Position numbers and translations under genes: made by a program | The notes under the pieces: generated by a model | Told to the model about the DNA's origin: nothing | Databases searched by the model: none | What the model saw: the letters and a program-made list of their open reading frames with translations, nothing else | Assembly (NCBI GenBank): GCA_963823035.1 | Contig: CAWGKG010000008.1 | Location: forward strand, 1 to 64,000 | Reading direction: 5' to 3' | Source: an uncultured Gemmatimonadales bacterium | Lineage (GTDB): Bacteria > Gemmatimonadota > Gemmatimonadetes > Longimicrobiales > Gaopeijiaceae | Length of the DNA stretch: 64,000 nt | Part shown: positions 53,211 to 64,000 of the stretch, one piece after another | Layout of the letters: each line of letters begins with the position of its first letter | How positions within the stretch are numbered: position 1 is the stretch's first letter

Positions 53211-55915
53211 TCTGGACCCGCGTCTATCGGTTCGCGCTCCTGGCACTGCCGAGGGGGCTGCGCGAGAAGCATGGGAGCACGATGGAGGTGCTGTACGGCC
53301 AGGAGGTCCGACGGGCCCGTGCCAGGGGCATCCTGCGCGGAGTCGTCGCCGGAGGGTTGGGTGTGTGGGACTGGTCCGCCGCGGGCTCTACGAGCGGTGG
53401 CGGGGCCGAGGAGGTGGGGCGGCTGCCGGGGTCGGCGGCGCTCCGGGACGCGAACCCGGGAGCGAGTGGACGATGGATACGATGAGGCAGGACATCGCGC
53501 AGGTGGCGAAGTCACTGTGGAGGGCGCCGCGCTTCGCGGCGCTGGTGGTGCTGACGCTCGCGCTCGGCATCGGCGCCAACAGCGCGATCTTCAGCGTCGT
53601 CAGCGCCGTGGTGCTCAGGCCCCTACCCTTCCCGGACGCCGACCGCTTCGTGCACCTCGCGTGGGAGTACGGGGGCGGCGCTCCCCGCGCCGTGAGCCCG
53701 ATCAAGTTCGAGTACTGGAGGGACAACACCCGTTCCTTCGCCGCGATGGCCACGTATCGGGGATTCCTCGCGAGGATCGACACCGAGGACGGCGTCGCGG
53801 GCGTGCCGGGGCTGCGCGTCACGCGCGATTTCCTCCGTGCGCTGGGCTTTGCCCCGCGGCTGGGGCGCGACTTCGAGCCGGGAGAGGACGTCCCGGACGG
53901 GCCCCGCGTCGCGCTGATCGGCGACGCGCTCTGGAAGAGGGTCTACGGCGGCGCGCCCGACGTCGTCGGCCGCACCCTCGACCTCGACGAGGAGCCCTAC
54001 ACGATCGTGGGCGTGCTGCCGGAGGCCTTCGCCTTTCCCGAGCAACCCGCACGGACCGACGTCGTCGTGCCCATGGGGCTGCGTGCGGATCCCAAGGACG
54101 AGGGCGCGAACTTCACCATCGTCGCGCGCCTGAAGGACGGGGTCGATCGGGCCGCGGCGCTGGCCGACGTCGAGCGCCTGGACGCGTCGTTCGCGGAGCA
54201 GTATCCGAACCAGGTGTACGACGGCGACCGCGGCATGACGCTCGCGACGTTCGAGGATCTGTTCGTCGGGGACCTCGCGCGGACGCTGTGGATCATCATG
54301 GGCGCCGTGGGGCTGGTGCTGCTCATCGCCTGCGCCAACGTCGCGAACCTCCTCCTGGCGCGCGCCGCGCGCCGCCGCCGGGAGGTCGCGATGCGGGCGG
54401 CCCTGGGCGCGTCCCGCGGACGGGTGGCCCGCTTCGTCCTCACGGAGAGCGTCGTCCTCGCGCTCCTCGCCGGCGCCCTGGGGCTGCTCCTGTCGCGGTG
54501 GGGCGTGCGCGCTCTGGTCGCGCTGTCGCCCGCCGAGCTGCCGCGCATGGGGACGATCGGCGTGGACTGGCGGGTGTGGACCTTCACGTTCGGCATGGCG
54601 GTCGTGACCGGGCTGGTCTTCGGCGGCGTGGCGGCGCTCCCCGCCGCCCGCACCCGCCTGGCGGAGGTGCTCAAGGAGGGAGGGCGTGGAAGCTCGGGGC
54701 GCGGCCGCGGACGGCAGGTGCTCCTCGCCGCGCAGTCCGCGCTCTCCATGATGCTCCTGGTGGGTGCCGGGCTGCTCATCACCACCCTGGTCGGTCTGCG
54801 GCGCGTCGATCCGGGCTTCGAGCCGGACGGGCTCGTAGCCGTCCGCTTCCCGTTCAAGCCGTCGGGCTACGGCACGGCGGAGTCTCTGTGGGAGCTGGAG
54901 CGACGCGTGGTGGACGAGGTGCGCGGCTCCCGGGGGATCGCGTCGATCGCGGCAGCGTCCAACCTGCCCCTGGAGCGCGGGCTCAACATCCCGATGTCGA
55001 TCGGCGGCCGGCCCGACGACTTCGAGGGGGCGGTGGAATGGCGCGCCGTGACACCCGGCTACTTCACGACCCTCGGCGTCGGCGTGGTCACGGGACGCGC
55101 CTTCACGCCGACGGACGAGCGCGGCGGGCCGCCGGTGGCCATCGTGAACGAGGCGTTCGCTCGCCGCTACTTCCCGGACCGGAGCCCGATCGGGGAGCGC
55201 GTCGACATCGGGCGCTACCGCGGCGCCTTCATCGATCCGTCGCTCGAGGGGCCGGGCGCCGAGATCGTCGGGGTGGTCGCGGACGTCCGCGAGATCTCCT
55301 TGCGCAGCGCGCCGCGCCGCACGGTCTACGTACCCTCCGCCCAGGCGCACACACGGCTGGCGGACGCGCTGGGAACGATGCCGGTGTTCCTGGCGCGCGC
55401 GCCGGGCGCCGGCACGGGCGTGGAGCGGGAGTTGCGCGAGGCGCTCCGCACCGTCGATCCCGAGCTCCCCAACCCCGAGGTGATCCCGCTGCGGAGGGTC
55501 TTCTCGGAATCGCTCGCGCGCGAGCGGTTCAGCGCCACGCTCCTGGGTGCCTTCGCGTTGCTGGCGCTGACGCTCACCGCCTTCGGCATCTACGGTGTGC
55601 TCTCCTACACCGTGCGCCAACGTCGGAGGGAGATCGGCATCCGCATCGCGCTCGGCGCAGGAGGCGGGGCTGTCTCGCGGCTGGTCGCGGTCCAGGGCCT
55701 CGCCCCGGTCGCGGTGGGGCTCGCGCGTCGGGACGGCCGGCGCCCTGGCGCTTTCGCGCGTGGTGGCCGGGTTCGTCTGGGGCGTCAGCCCCACGGACCC
55801 GACGAACCTCGCGGTGGTGGCGGGCATCCTCCTGGCGGTCGCGGCGGCCGCCAGTTGGCTCCCGACGCGCGAGGCCGTGCGCACCGACCCGGTGCGGTCG
55901 CTGAGCCCGGAGTAG
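53207..55915 (+). CDS. ADOP-type duplicated ABC permease (apparent frameshifts near 53375 and 55725)
   Basis: [50 protein letters not shown]. Confidence 0.88.
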
Positions 55916-55930
55916 GCCGGCCGAGCACCC

Positions 55931-56560
55931 TCAGCGCCTCCGCGCCCGCAGAGCCACCGCGACCTCGTCGAGGCCCACGCCGGAGCCGCGCAGGGCGGCG
56001 AGGACGTGGTAGAGGAGATCGGCCGCCTCCTCCCGCCCGCGCTCCGCGTCGCCGCGCGCGAGCGCCGCGACGAGCTCGGCCGTCTCCTCACCGAGCTTCT
56101 TGAGGCGGAGGTTCTCGTCCTCGAGGAGGCGCACCGTGTAGCTTCCCTCGGGCCGCGCCCGCGCCCGCTCGGCGAGCGTGTCGTCGAGCGCGGAGAGGAC
56201 GGCGCCGAGCCCCTGGGGCTCGGCGCCTTCGCCGAAGCAGGTGGCCTCGCCGGTGTGGCACGCGGGGCCGGTGGGGCGCACGCGCGCGAGGACCACGTCC
56301 GCGTCGCAGTCGGCGTGCAGCGACACCAGCTCGAGGACGTTCCCGCTCGTCTCGCCCTTCCGCCACAACGCCCCGCGCGAGCGGGACCAGAAGTGCATCT
56401 CGCGCGTGGCCAGGCTCCGTTCCAGGGCGTGCCGGTTCGCCCACGCGACCATGAGCACCCGGCCGTCGCGGGCGTCCTGCGCGACCACCGGCAGGAGCCC
56501 GTTCTCTCCGTACGAGAGCGCGTCCAGGTCGTCGGCGCTCGCGAGCCCGCGGTCGGTCAT
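55931..56560 (-). CDS. hisIE: bifunctional phosphoribosyl-AMP cyclohydrolase / phosphoribosyl-ATP pyrophosphatase
   Basis: [36 protein letters not shown]. Confidence 0.93.
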   Translation of the reverse strand: MTDRGLASADDLDALSYGENGLLPVVAQDARDGRVLMVAWANRHALERSLATREMHFWSRSRGALWRKGETSGNVLELVSLHADCDADVVLARVRPTGPACHTGEATCFGEGAEPQGLGAVLSALDDTLAERARARPEGSYTVRLLEDENLRLKKLGEETAELVAALARGDAERGREEAADLLYHVLAALRGSGVGLDEVAVALRARRR

Positions 56561-57333
56561 GCGGCCACCTCCCCGTTCGTGCGCACCGCCAGGCCCCAAC
56601 CCGCGAGCGCGGCCTTGAGCGCGCCCACGGTGGTCACGCCATCGTGCAGGATACCCGCGACGAGCGCGGCCGAGGCCCGTGCCCTCCACGAAAGCGTCGC
56701 GCAGATGCTCGGCCGCGCCGGCCCCGCCCGGAGGCGACCACCGGAAGGGGCACGGCGTCCGCGACCGCCCGCGTGAGGGCCAGGTCGTAGCCGGAGCGCG
56801 CGCCGTCGCGGTCGATCGACGTGAGCAGGACCTCACCGGCGCCCCGCTCGCGGCATGCCGCCGCCCACTCCACGGCCTCGAGGTCGGTCGGCTTCGTACC
56901 GCCGTGCGTGTAGCAGCGCCAGCCGTCGCCCTCGCGTGCGGCGTCGATGCTCACGACCATGCACTGGCTGCCGAAGCGCCGGGCTCCGGTCGCGAGGAGC
57001 GTGGGATCACGCACCGCCGCCGTGTTCACGCTCACCTTGTCGGCTCCGGCCCGCAGGAGCGGCCCGATGTCGTCCACCGAACGGACGCCGCCGCCCACCG
57101 TGAGCGGGATGAAGAGCGTCTCGGCCGTGCGGCGCACGGTGTCCGAGGAGCGTGCCCCGCCCCTCGCGTGAGGCGGACACGTCCAGGTAGACGATCTCGT
57201 CGGCGCCCTCGGCCTCGTAGCGCGCGGCGAGCTCGACCGGGTCGCCCACGTCGCGCAGCCCCTCGAAGCGCACACCCTTCACCACCCGACCGTCCTTCAC
57301 GTCGAGGCAGACGATCACACGCGGCCGGAGCAT
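56557..57333 (-). CDS. hisF: imidazole glycerol phosphate synthase cyclase subunit (several apparent frameshifts)
   Basis: [34 protein letters not shown]. Confidence 0.9.
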
Positions 57334-57873
57334 CAGTCGATCCGCTCCAGCTTCACGGACCCCTTGGTGCTGAACACCCGATCCCCCTCGGCCATGGCCT
57401 GGCGCAGGGCGAGGCCCACGGCCTTCACCGCCGCCTCCACGCGGTGGTGGCGGTCTTCGCCGCGCAGCACCCGCACGTGCAGCGTGGCGCCCGAGGTTGG
57501 TCGCGAAGGAGTGCAGAAAGTGCGTGTACAGCTTGGAGGGCAGGCGCCCCACGTACCAGGGCCGCCCGCCCAGGTCGACGGCCGCCTCGGCGAGCGCCTC
57601 GTCCATCGGGATCTGCGCCCAACCGTAGCGCGCCGCCTTCTCCGGAACCTCGTCCTTCAGGGCGAGGCCGAGCGTGATGGCGACGTCCTCCACGAGGTGG
57701 TGCCGCAGGTCGCCGACCGCCTCGACGGAGACGTCCAGGCTCGCGTAGCGCGCCAGCGTCTCGACCATGTGGCTCAGGAAACGGTCCGCGATCTTCACGT
57801 CCGCCTCCCCCGTGCCGCGCCGGACCTCGCACAGCACCTGGGTCTCGCGCGTCTCCCTTCTCAGCTTGCTCAC
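57333..57873 (-). CDS. hisB: imidazoleglycerol-phosphate dehydratase, monofunctional (apparent frameshift near 57490)
   Basis: [38 protein letters not shown]. Confidence 0.88.
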
Positions 57874-58631
57874 GTGCCCTCTCCGGCTTCGCCCGATTCG
57901 TCGATGGAACCTCCCCATGCCGCTCCCCACCGCTCCGCGACGCCCGCGGCGTCCACGCTGCCGGTGTAGAGCGCCATCCCCAGCACGGCGCCCTCCGCGC
58001 CGCGCTCGTCCAGCCATTCGAGGTCGTCTTCCGTGGAGACGCCTCCCGAGACCCACACCGGGTGGGCGCTCTGGCGCAGCGTACGTGCCATGGCGTCCCG
58101 GTCCATCCCCCGGAGCCGACCCTCGCGGCCCACGTCCGTCGTCAGCACGCCCGCCAGCGGCAGCGTGGTGAGACGCTGCAGGAAGGCGGCCGACGTCAGC
58201 GCCGAGCGCTCGGTCCACCCCTTGCGCAGCACCCATCCGTCGCGGGTGTCCGCGGCCACCAGGACCCGTCCCGGATGCCGGTGCGCGAGCTCGGAGAGCC
58301 ACGGCGGGTCGTCGATGGCCCGTGTTCCCACGATCACGCGGTCCGCCCCGGCATCCAGGAGGGCATCGGCACGCTCCGTGTCACGGACGCCGCCGCCCAC
58401 CTGCGTCAACGCGGGCGTGGCGGTCAGCACCTCGCGCAGGAGCCCGAGGTTGTCGCCCGATCCCAGCGCGGCGTCCAGGTCCACGAGGTGCAGCGTCCGG
58501 AAGCCGAGCGCCCACCACCGCTCGGCCACCGCCACGGGGTCCGGGAGCGAGACGCGCTCCTCCTCGGGTCGGCCACCGACCAGCTGTACGCAGCGGCCGC
58601 CCTTCAGGTCGACGGCGGGCGCGACGATCAT
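57870..58631 (-). CDS. hisA: ProFAR isomerase
   Basis: [29 protein letters not shown]. Confidence 0.93.
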   Translation of the reverse strand: MIVAPAVDLKGGRCVQLVGGRPEEERVSLPDPVAVAERWWALGFRTLHLVDLDAALGSGDNLGLLREVLTATPALTQVGGGVRDTERADALLDAGADRVIVGTRAIDDPPWLSELAHRHPGRVLVAADTRDGWVLRKGWTERSALTSAAFLQRLTTLPLAGVLTTDVGREGRLRGMDRDAMARTLRQSAHPVWVSGGVSTEDDLEWLDERGAEGAVLGMALYTGSVDAAGVAERWGAAWGGSIDESGEAGEGT

Positions 58632-59227
58632 GCCGCACCTCCCGCCATGGCCACCCACCGCCCCACGAGCGCGCGGCCCGGCCCGGAGCTCTTCTCCGGG
58701 TGGAACTGGACCCCCCAGGTCCGCCTCCGCCGAACGGCCGCCACGAAGCGTACGCCCTCGCACACGCTCCACGCGATCGCGTCGGTGGGGTCGTCCGGCT
58801 CGCACACGTAGGAGTTCGCGTAGTAGGCCACGAGGCCCGTGCCGCCGAACACCGACGCGTCGTCGGTCTCCACGTCGTTCCACCCCATCTGCGGGACCAC
58901 CGAGGCCGTCAGCCGGACCACGCGGCCCGGAAGCAGCCCGATCCCCGCCCCCGCCGACTCCTCGCTGTCCTCGAAGAGAAGCTGCATCCCGAGGCAGATG
59001 CCCAGGCAGGGGAGCCCTTCCGCGAGCGCGCGGCGCACCGGGCCACGATCGGCGGGGAGCGCCGCGGCCGCGGCGCCGAACGCCCCGACGCCCGGGAGGA
59101 CCAGGCCGTCCAACCCGAGCGCCTCGTCCCAATCCGCGGTGATGCGCACGCCGGCCCCGGCGCCTTCGAGCGCCTTGGCCAGCGAGTGCAGGTTGCCCGC
59201 ACCGTAGTCGAAGAGCGCCACGTTCAC
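58628..59227 (-). CDS. hisH: imidazole glycerol phosphate synthase glutaminase subunit
   Basis: DYGAGNLHS, LPGVGAF, GICLGMQ, QFHPEKS. Confidence 0.93.
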   Translation of the reverse strand: MNVALFDYGAGNLHSLAKALEGAGAGVRITADWDEALGLDGLVLPGVGAFGAAAAALPADRGPVRRALAEGLPCLGICLGMQLLFEDSEESAGAGIGLLPGRVVRLTASVVPQMGWNDVETDDASVFGGTGLVAYYANSYVCEPDDPTDAIAWSVCEGVRFVAAVRRRRTWGVQFHPEKSSGPGRALVGRWVAMAGGAA

Positions 59228-60329
59228 CCGGCCGCCCCCCCGGCCGCGCCGGCCTCGTGCCCGGCCAGCTCCTCGCGGTAGTCGTCGAGCGCCTCGAAGA
59301 AGCGCGTCACGAGCGGCCACGGGGCCACCGTCAGACGCAGCGCGTCGCCTCCGTCGGGCATGGCGCCGGGGAAGGGGCGCACCGCGACGCCGCGCGCCCG
59401 GATGGCGAGCGCATCGGCCGTGGCGGCGCCGCCCGGAGCGCGGAAGAGGATGAAGTTCGCCGACGAAGGCAGCGGTTCGAGCCCGCGCTCGTCGAGCATC
59501 GCCTCGCGCGCGCGCCCGGTTGCTGCACGCACTCGGCGACCGTGCGGGTGACCCACCCCTCGGCGTCGGTGAGCGCCGCCGCGCCGGCCTCGGAGGCGAG
59601 GCGGCCGACCTTGTACGGACCCCGGGCCTTCTCCACCTCGAGCGCGGTCCGCGGGGCGGCCACCGCGTAGCCTACGCGCAGCCCCGCCAGGCCGAACGCC
59701 TTGGAGAGCGTGCGCGACACCAGCAGGCGGGGATGCTCCACCGCCACCGTCGCCAGCGAATCGCCGCCGAAGTCCACGTACGCTTCGTCGAGGAGGACGA
59801 GCGGCCCGTCGTCACCGACCTCGTCGAGCAGCGCCTCCACCCATGCGCGCGGCGCGACGTGCCCCGTCGGGTTGTTGGGACGGCAGACGTAGACCAGGGA
59901 GGGGCCGTCCACCAGGAGCCGCTCCGGGTCGTCGAGCGCGTCGGCCCAGGGCGTGAGTCGTGCCTCCATCCCGTTCATGCGTGCCAACGGCGTGGCCATC
60001 GAAAAGGTGGGCGCGGCGATCGAGACGAAGTCGCCCGCCCGGCCGCCGGCCGCGCGGTAGGTGCAGTCGAGGACGTCGTCCGATCCGCACCCCGTCGCGA
60101 CGCAACCGTCCGGCACGCCGGCCCGCGCGGCGGCGGCGGCCCGCAGGTTGTCGGCGTAGAGATCCGGGTAGCGGGCGAGCGCGTCGTCGTCGGCCCGGCG
60201 CAGCACCTCCAGCGCGGCCGGATGGGTGCCCCACTGGTTGGTGTTGTCGCTCAGGTCGAGCGCGACCGGCGAGCGGTCGAAGTGGTACCTCTTCAGATCG
60301 CGGTAGTCCCGACGGGGAAACGGGCTCAT
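59224..60329 (-). CDS. hisC: histidinol-phosphate aminotransferase (apparent frameshift near 59510)
   Basis: GSDD, PNNPTG, DEAY, RTLSKAFGLAGLRVGY. Confidence 0.92.
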
Positions 60330-61663
60330 CGGCTCTCCGTGCGCGCGAGCGCGGCTGCCGCGTGGGCGGGCAGCCCCTCGGCCTCGGCGAGCAGGGCGAC
60401 GTCGCCGGCCAGCGCCCGGGCGCCCTCCTCGGTGATCTCCTGGACCGTGAACGACCTCAGGTAGTGCTGCGCGGACAGTCCCGAGAAGCTGCGGGCTCGC
60501 CCTGCCGTGGGTAGAACGTGGTTCGCGCCGGTCATGTAGTCCCCGAAGGCCACGGAGGCCCACGGGCCCACGAACGTGGTGCCCGCGGTCACGATGCGCG
60601 AGGCCACCGCTCGGGCGCCCGCCGTCATCACGGACAGGTGCTCGGGCGCGTACGCCTGAGCGAAGGCGACCGCTTCGTCGAGCGACCCCGCCACGAGCAA
60701 CGCGCCCGATCCGGACAGGGCGGCCGCCGCGATCGTCCGCCGCGGGGCTCTCGCGAGCCGTTCGGCGAGCGCCGATCGCACGGCGGTCGCCAGCGCGTGC
60801 GACGGGGTCACGAGCACGCAGGCAGCGTCGGGGTCGTGCTCGGCCTGCGCCATGAGCTCGGTCGCGACCAGCACCGGGTCCGCGCCGTCGTCGGCGAGCA
60901 CCAGCACCTCGGACGGTCCGGCCGGGGAGTCGATGAGCACCCGCCCTGCCACCTGCCGCTTGGCCTCCGTGACCCATCGGTTGCCCGGGCCGACCACGGC
61001 GTCGGTCGCAGGCACGCCGTCCGTCCCGTAGGCCATGGCGCCCACGGCGCCGGCGCCGCCGACGGCGAAGAGGCGGTCCGCGCCGCCGATCGCGCACGCG
61101 GCCAGCACCTCCGCGGGGGGCACGCCCGACGGGCCCGGGGGCGAACACACCACCACCTGGCGCACGCCCGCCGCGCGGGCGGGCACCACGCCCATGAGCA
61201 CCGAGGAGGGGTAGGCCGCGCGGCCCCCGGGCGCGTACACGCCCACCGTGTCGAGCGGCACCCATCGCCGCGTGACGCGTACCCCGGGCTCCACCTCGAG
61301 CGAGACGTCCGCGGGGAGCTGCGCTTCGTGGAAGCGGCGCACGTTGTCCGCGGCGCGCGCCAACGCCGTGCGCACCCCGATCGGCAGCGTGTCCAGCGCG
61401 GCGTCCCAGCGCGCGCGCGGCACCTCGAGCGCGTCCAGGCGGACGCCGTCGTAGCGCTCGGCCATCTCGATCAGGGCGACGTCACCCCGCGATCGCACCT
61501 CCGCCAGGATCGCGGCGACCGCGGCGGTGAGCTCGGGCTCGTCGGAGGGCGCGCGCTCCATGAGGTGGCGGCGCGCTTCGGGCGTGAGGTCTTCCAGGCG
61601 TCCCTCCGCGAAGAGCCACGGGGAGTCGGCGGCCCCGTCGCCGCGCGAGCGATCGGCCGTCAT
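60326..61663 (-). CDS. hisD: histidinol dehydrogenase
   Basis: GVYAPGG, GPGNRWV, PAGPSE, QAEHD, APEHL, GANHVLPT. Confidence 0.95.
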   Translation of the reverse strand: MTADRSRGDGAADSPWLFAEGRLEDLTPEARRHLMERAPSDEPELTAAVAAILAEVRSRGDVALIEMAERYDGVRLDALEVPRARWDAALDTLPIGVRTALARAADNVRRFHEAQLPADVSLEVEPGVRVTRRWVPLDTVGVYAPGGRAAYPSSVLMGVVPARAAGVRQVVVCSPPGPSGVPPAEVLAACAIGGADRLFAVGGAGAVGAMAYGTDGVPATDAVVGPGNRWVTEAKRQVAGRVLIDSPAGPSEVLVLADDGADPVLVATELMAQAEHDPDAACVLVTPSHALATAVRSALAERLARAPRRTIAAAALSGSGALLVAGSLDEAVAFAQAYAPEHLSVMTAGARAVASRIVTAGTTFVGPWASVAFGDYMTGANHVLPTAGRARSFSGLSAQHYLRSFTVQEITEEGARALAGDVALLAEAEGLPAHAAAALARTESR

Positions 61664-62551
61664 GGCATCAACCTCTCGATGCGCGTCACCAGGATGCCCT
61701 CGGCGCCCGAGCTCCTTGAGGCGCGCGATGGTCTGGTACACACGGTCCGCGTCGACGACGGCGTGCGCGGCGACCCATGCGTCCCCGTCGAGCACCTCCA
61801 CGATCGTGGGTCCGTTGATGCCGGGGATCACCTCGCGCACCTCGTCGAGCCTGGCGCGCGGCACGTTCGCCATGAGGTAGCGCTTGGCCTCGGCGCGCAG
61901 CACGGACTCGAGCGCCGTGCCCAGCTCGTGGATGGCCTTCGCGGGACGCTCGCGCTCGAGCGCCGCGGCGTTCGCCACCAGGCGGGCGGTGGAGGTCATG
62001 ACGGTGCCGATCTCGCGCAGCTTGTTCATCCGCAGCGTGGACCCGGTGGACACCAGGTCGACGATCACGTCGGCCACGCCCAGGTGTGGCGCGATCTCCG
62101 TGGCCCCGGTCACGGGCGCGATCTCGATCGGGATGCCGAGCCCCTCGAAGTGCCGGCGCGCCACACGCGGGAAGGACGTCGCCACGCGCGTACCCGCCGG
62201 CAGGTCCTCGACCGAGGCGACCGGCGAATCCTCGCGGACGGCTACGGCCAGGCGGCAGAAGCCGAACCCGAGGTCCAGCACCTCGGTCACGTCGCGGCCG
62301 CTCTCCGCCACGAGGTCCGCGCCGGTGACGCCCACCTCCGCGGCTCCGTCAGCCACGTACTCCGGGATGTCCGCCGCGCGCACGAAGAGGGCCTGGAAGT
62401 CCTGGCCCAGCTCCGCGATCAGCGCTCGTTCCCCGCGCAGCGCCGTGCGCAGTCCCGCCTGCTCCAGGAGGGCCACCGCCTTGTCCGCGAGGCGGCCCTT
62501 GTTGGGCAGCGCCACGCGGACGCGGTCGCGCTCCGTCGTCTTCTCGGTCAT
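61660..62551 (-). CDS. hisG: ATP phosphoribosyltransferase, long form (apparent frameshift near 61705)
   Basis: VALPNKGRL, RAADIP, GATEIAP, DLVSTGSTL, C-terminal PGINGPTI regulatory domain. Confidence 0.95.
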
Positions 62552-62587
62552 GCCTTCGCTCCTCGCTCGTCCCCGACGCCCGGGGAC

Positions 62588-62618
62588 AAAAAAACGCGGC
62601 CCGGTAGCTCGGGCCGCG
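62588..62618 (-). terminator. his attenuator terminator
   Basis: Minus strand CGCGGCCCG-AGCTAC-CGGGCCGCG followed by T7, between the leader and hisG. Confidence 0.88.
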
Positions 62619-62644
62619 GTGGGATGCTTCGCTGGACTCGCGTC

Positions 62645-62722
62645 CTAGGCGCGCACCGCCCCTCCGCCGCCCGCGGGGGCCGCGTGATGATGGTGGTGCC
62701 GGACGTGCGTCGTATCGCTCAT
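62645..62722 (-). CDS. hisL: his operon leader peptide MSDTTHVRHHHHHAAPAGGGGAVRA
   Basis: Six His codons (five in tandem) upstream of the terminator and hisG; TTGACC at 62756-62761 on the minus strand. Confidence 0.88.
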   Translation of the reverse strand: MSDTTHVRHHHHHAAPAGGGGAVRA

Positions 62723-62811
62723 GGTCCGGAGAAGCTGTCCCCTCGCCGGGGGAGAGGTCAAGGGGCCGGCCGCTCGCCGCGCACCGTGACGTCGAGGATC
62801 CCGGCGCCTAG

Positions 62812-63131
62812 CAGCCCGTGGTAGAAATACAGCCGCCCGCGTTACGCGCGCCACGGCCCCGAGTCCTAGGCGAACCTCCGAAGGCATAGCCCTAGCTACG
62901 TCGAGGAGGTTCAACGACGGGGTAACAACGCGAAGCGTTGTCGGGGCCGTGCCGCCGTAACCCACCACCATTCAAGGTATTGGGATCCATAGGATTGCGG
63001 GCGCAGGGGGGTCGCGGGCCCATACGTCGTCGTTCCTCCTCGCCGTAGCTACGGCTACGACTCGTCGTCTCTCCTAGTCTGAACCTCGCGAGCCCCCTGC
63101 GCGCGGGCCACTGTATTTCTACCACGGGCTG
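62812..63131. mobile_element. 320-bp MITE-like element with 21-bp perfect terminal inverted repeats flanked by CTAG
   Basis: CTAG-CAGCCCGTGGTAGAAATACAG ... CTGTATTTCTACCACGGGCTG-CTAG; no credible ORF inside. Confidence 0.75.
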
Positions 63132-63163
63132 CTAGGGTCAGGGCCGGCGACGGATCCGCGGCA

Positions 63164-64000
63164 TCACGACCTGGGCCGGCTCCGCATCCCCTCCACCGTG
63201 GGACGGACGTCCGCGTTGGCGAGGTCCCAACTCGTCCGATGCACGAGCCGCACGATGCGGGTCATCTTCTCGTAGTTGATCCGGTCCGCGTCGTCGCGTG
63301 GGGTGTGGTAGTCCGGGTGCAGGCCGGTGTGGAACCAGACCCCCGGCACGCCGTTCTGGAGGAACGGCCAGTGGTCGCTGCGCCGCAGCAGGTTCGACTC
63401 GTTGTTGTCGTACCGCATGCGCAGCGTGAGGCCGTACGGGTCGTCGGCCGCCTGGATGGCGGCGGCCAGGTCGGGCGAGCGACTGTATCCGAGGATGTTC
63501 ACCGCGTTCGCGTTCGACTCTGCGCTCTGCGGCTCGAGCCCCCTGAACCTCCCGCCCCCGTCGGCGGGGACCTCTTCGTTGCGTCCGATCATGTCCATGT
63601 TCAGGACCGCAACCGTTCGCGGGAGGGGGAAGAGCGGCCGCAGCGTGTAGAACCACGCGCCCAGCAGGCCACGCTCCTCCGCGTCCCAGACGGCGAACAT
63701 CACCGAGCGGCGCGGCAGGTCGCCGTGCTCCGCGGCCTGCGCGTAGGCTGCCGCCACCGCCATCACGCCCACCGTGCCGGAGCCGTCGTCGTCCGCTCCG
63801 TTGTAGACGTCGACGCTGTCCGCGCCGTTGTGGTCGTAGTGGCCGCTGACGATCACGACCTCGTTCGTCAGCTCGGGGTCGGAGCCCTCGATCATCGCGA
63901 GGATGTTGCGACCCGGCGTCCCATGTCGATCGACCGCCGTGGACAGGTCCACGCGCGCCCCACGCAACGCGACGACGCCCAGGCCTCCCTCGGCCGAGTC
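63164..64000 (-). CDS. M28 family metallopeptidase (N-terminus outside the window)
   Basis: SGHYDH, NGADDDGSG, DAEERGLLG, NMDMIGR, RSDH, DYHTPRD. Confidence 0.92.
   Translation of the reverse strand, partial: DSAEGGLGVVALRGARVDLSTAVDRHGTPGRNILAMIEGSDPELTNEVVIVSGHYDHNGADSVDVYNGADDDGSGTVGVMAVAAAYAQAAEHGDLPRRSVMFAVWDAEERGLLGAWFYTLRPLFPLPRTVAVLNMDMIGRNEEVPADGGGRFRGLEPQSAESNANAVNILGYSRSPDLAAAIQAADDPYGLTLRMRYDNNESNLLRRSDHWPFLQNGVPGVWFHTGLHPDYHTPRDDADRINYEKMTRIVRLVHRTSWDLANADVRPTVEGMRSRPRS

Noticed and set aside
57007..62551. HisG-HisD and HisB-HisF fusion ORFs
   Set aside because: Each arises from one frameshift in the upstream gene; native C-termini and stop/start overlaps are present at 61660-61663 and 57331-57335.
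62833..63110. Idea that the CTAG-rich MITE interior is a reversed, non-complemented coding sequence
   Set aside because: Reading it backwards gave no recognisable protein; the nested inverted repeats explain the composition better.

Overview
A high-GC bacterial chromosomal window. The gene content (PadR/ADOP-type permease pairs, VPS10-type hydrolase, S9/M28/M61 peptidases) suggests Gemmatimonadota or a similar lineage, which is an inference. The first 4.7 kb holds a 17-tRNA operon behind a near-consensus sigma70 promoter, with two unusual features. (1) Between tRNA-fMet and the other 16 tRNAs is what looks like a classical ribosome-dependent attenuator: a 43-codon leader with a strong RBS, a 12-bp antiterminator and a U7 terminator ending 6 nt before tRNA-Phe. 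Its codons sample 15 of the 16 downstream tRNAs. (2) All three tRNA-Ser genes, and no others, carry tandem arrays of structured 127-172 bp repeats. Each unit ends in its own host tRNA's 3' end and contains an antisense copy of the T-arm, and a vapBC toxin-antitoxin pair sits inside a split final unit. The rest is housekeeping and metabolic: thrCB, Na/Pi transporter plus PhoU, kup, peptidases, a hybrid kinase, a histone-H1-like protein opposite a SprT protease, tkt, leuS, waaA, SPFH proteins, ABC transporters, glycosyltransferases, and a his operon with a His-rich leader attenuator. A structured 320-bp MITE-like element with CTAG flanks lies upstream of the his operon. About 20 apparent single-base frameshifts, several in housekeeping genes, most likely reflect long-read assembly errors. 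Product calls come from motif and family recognition only; no searches were run.
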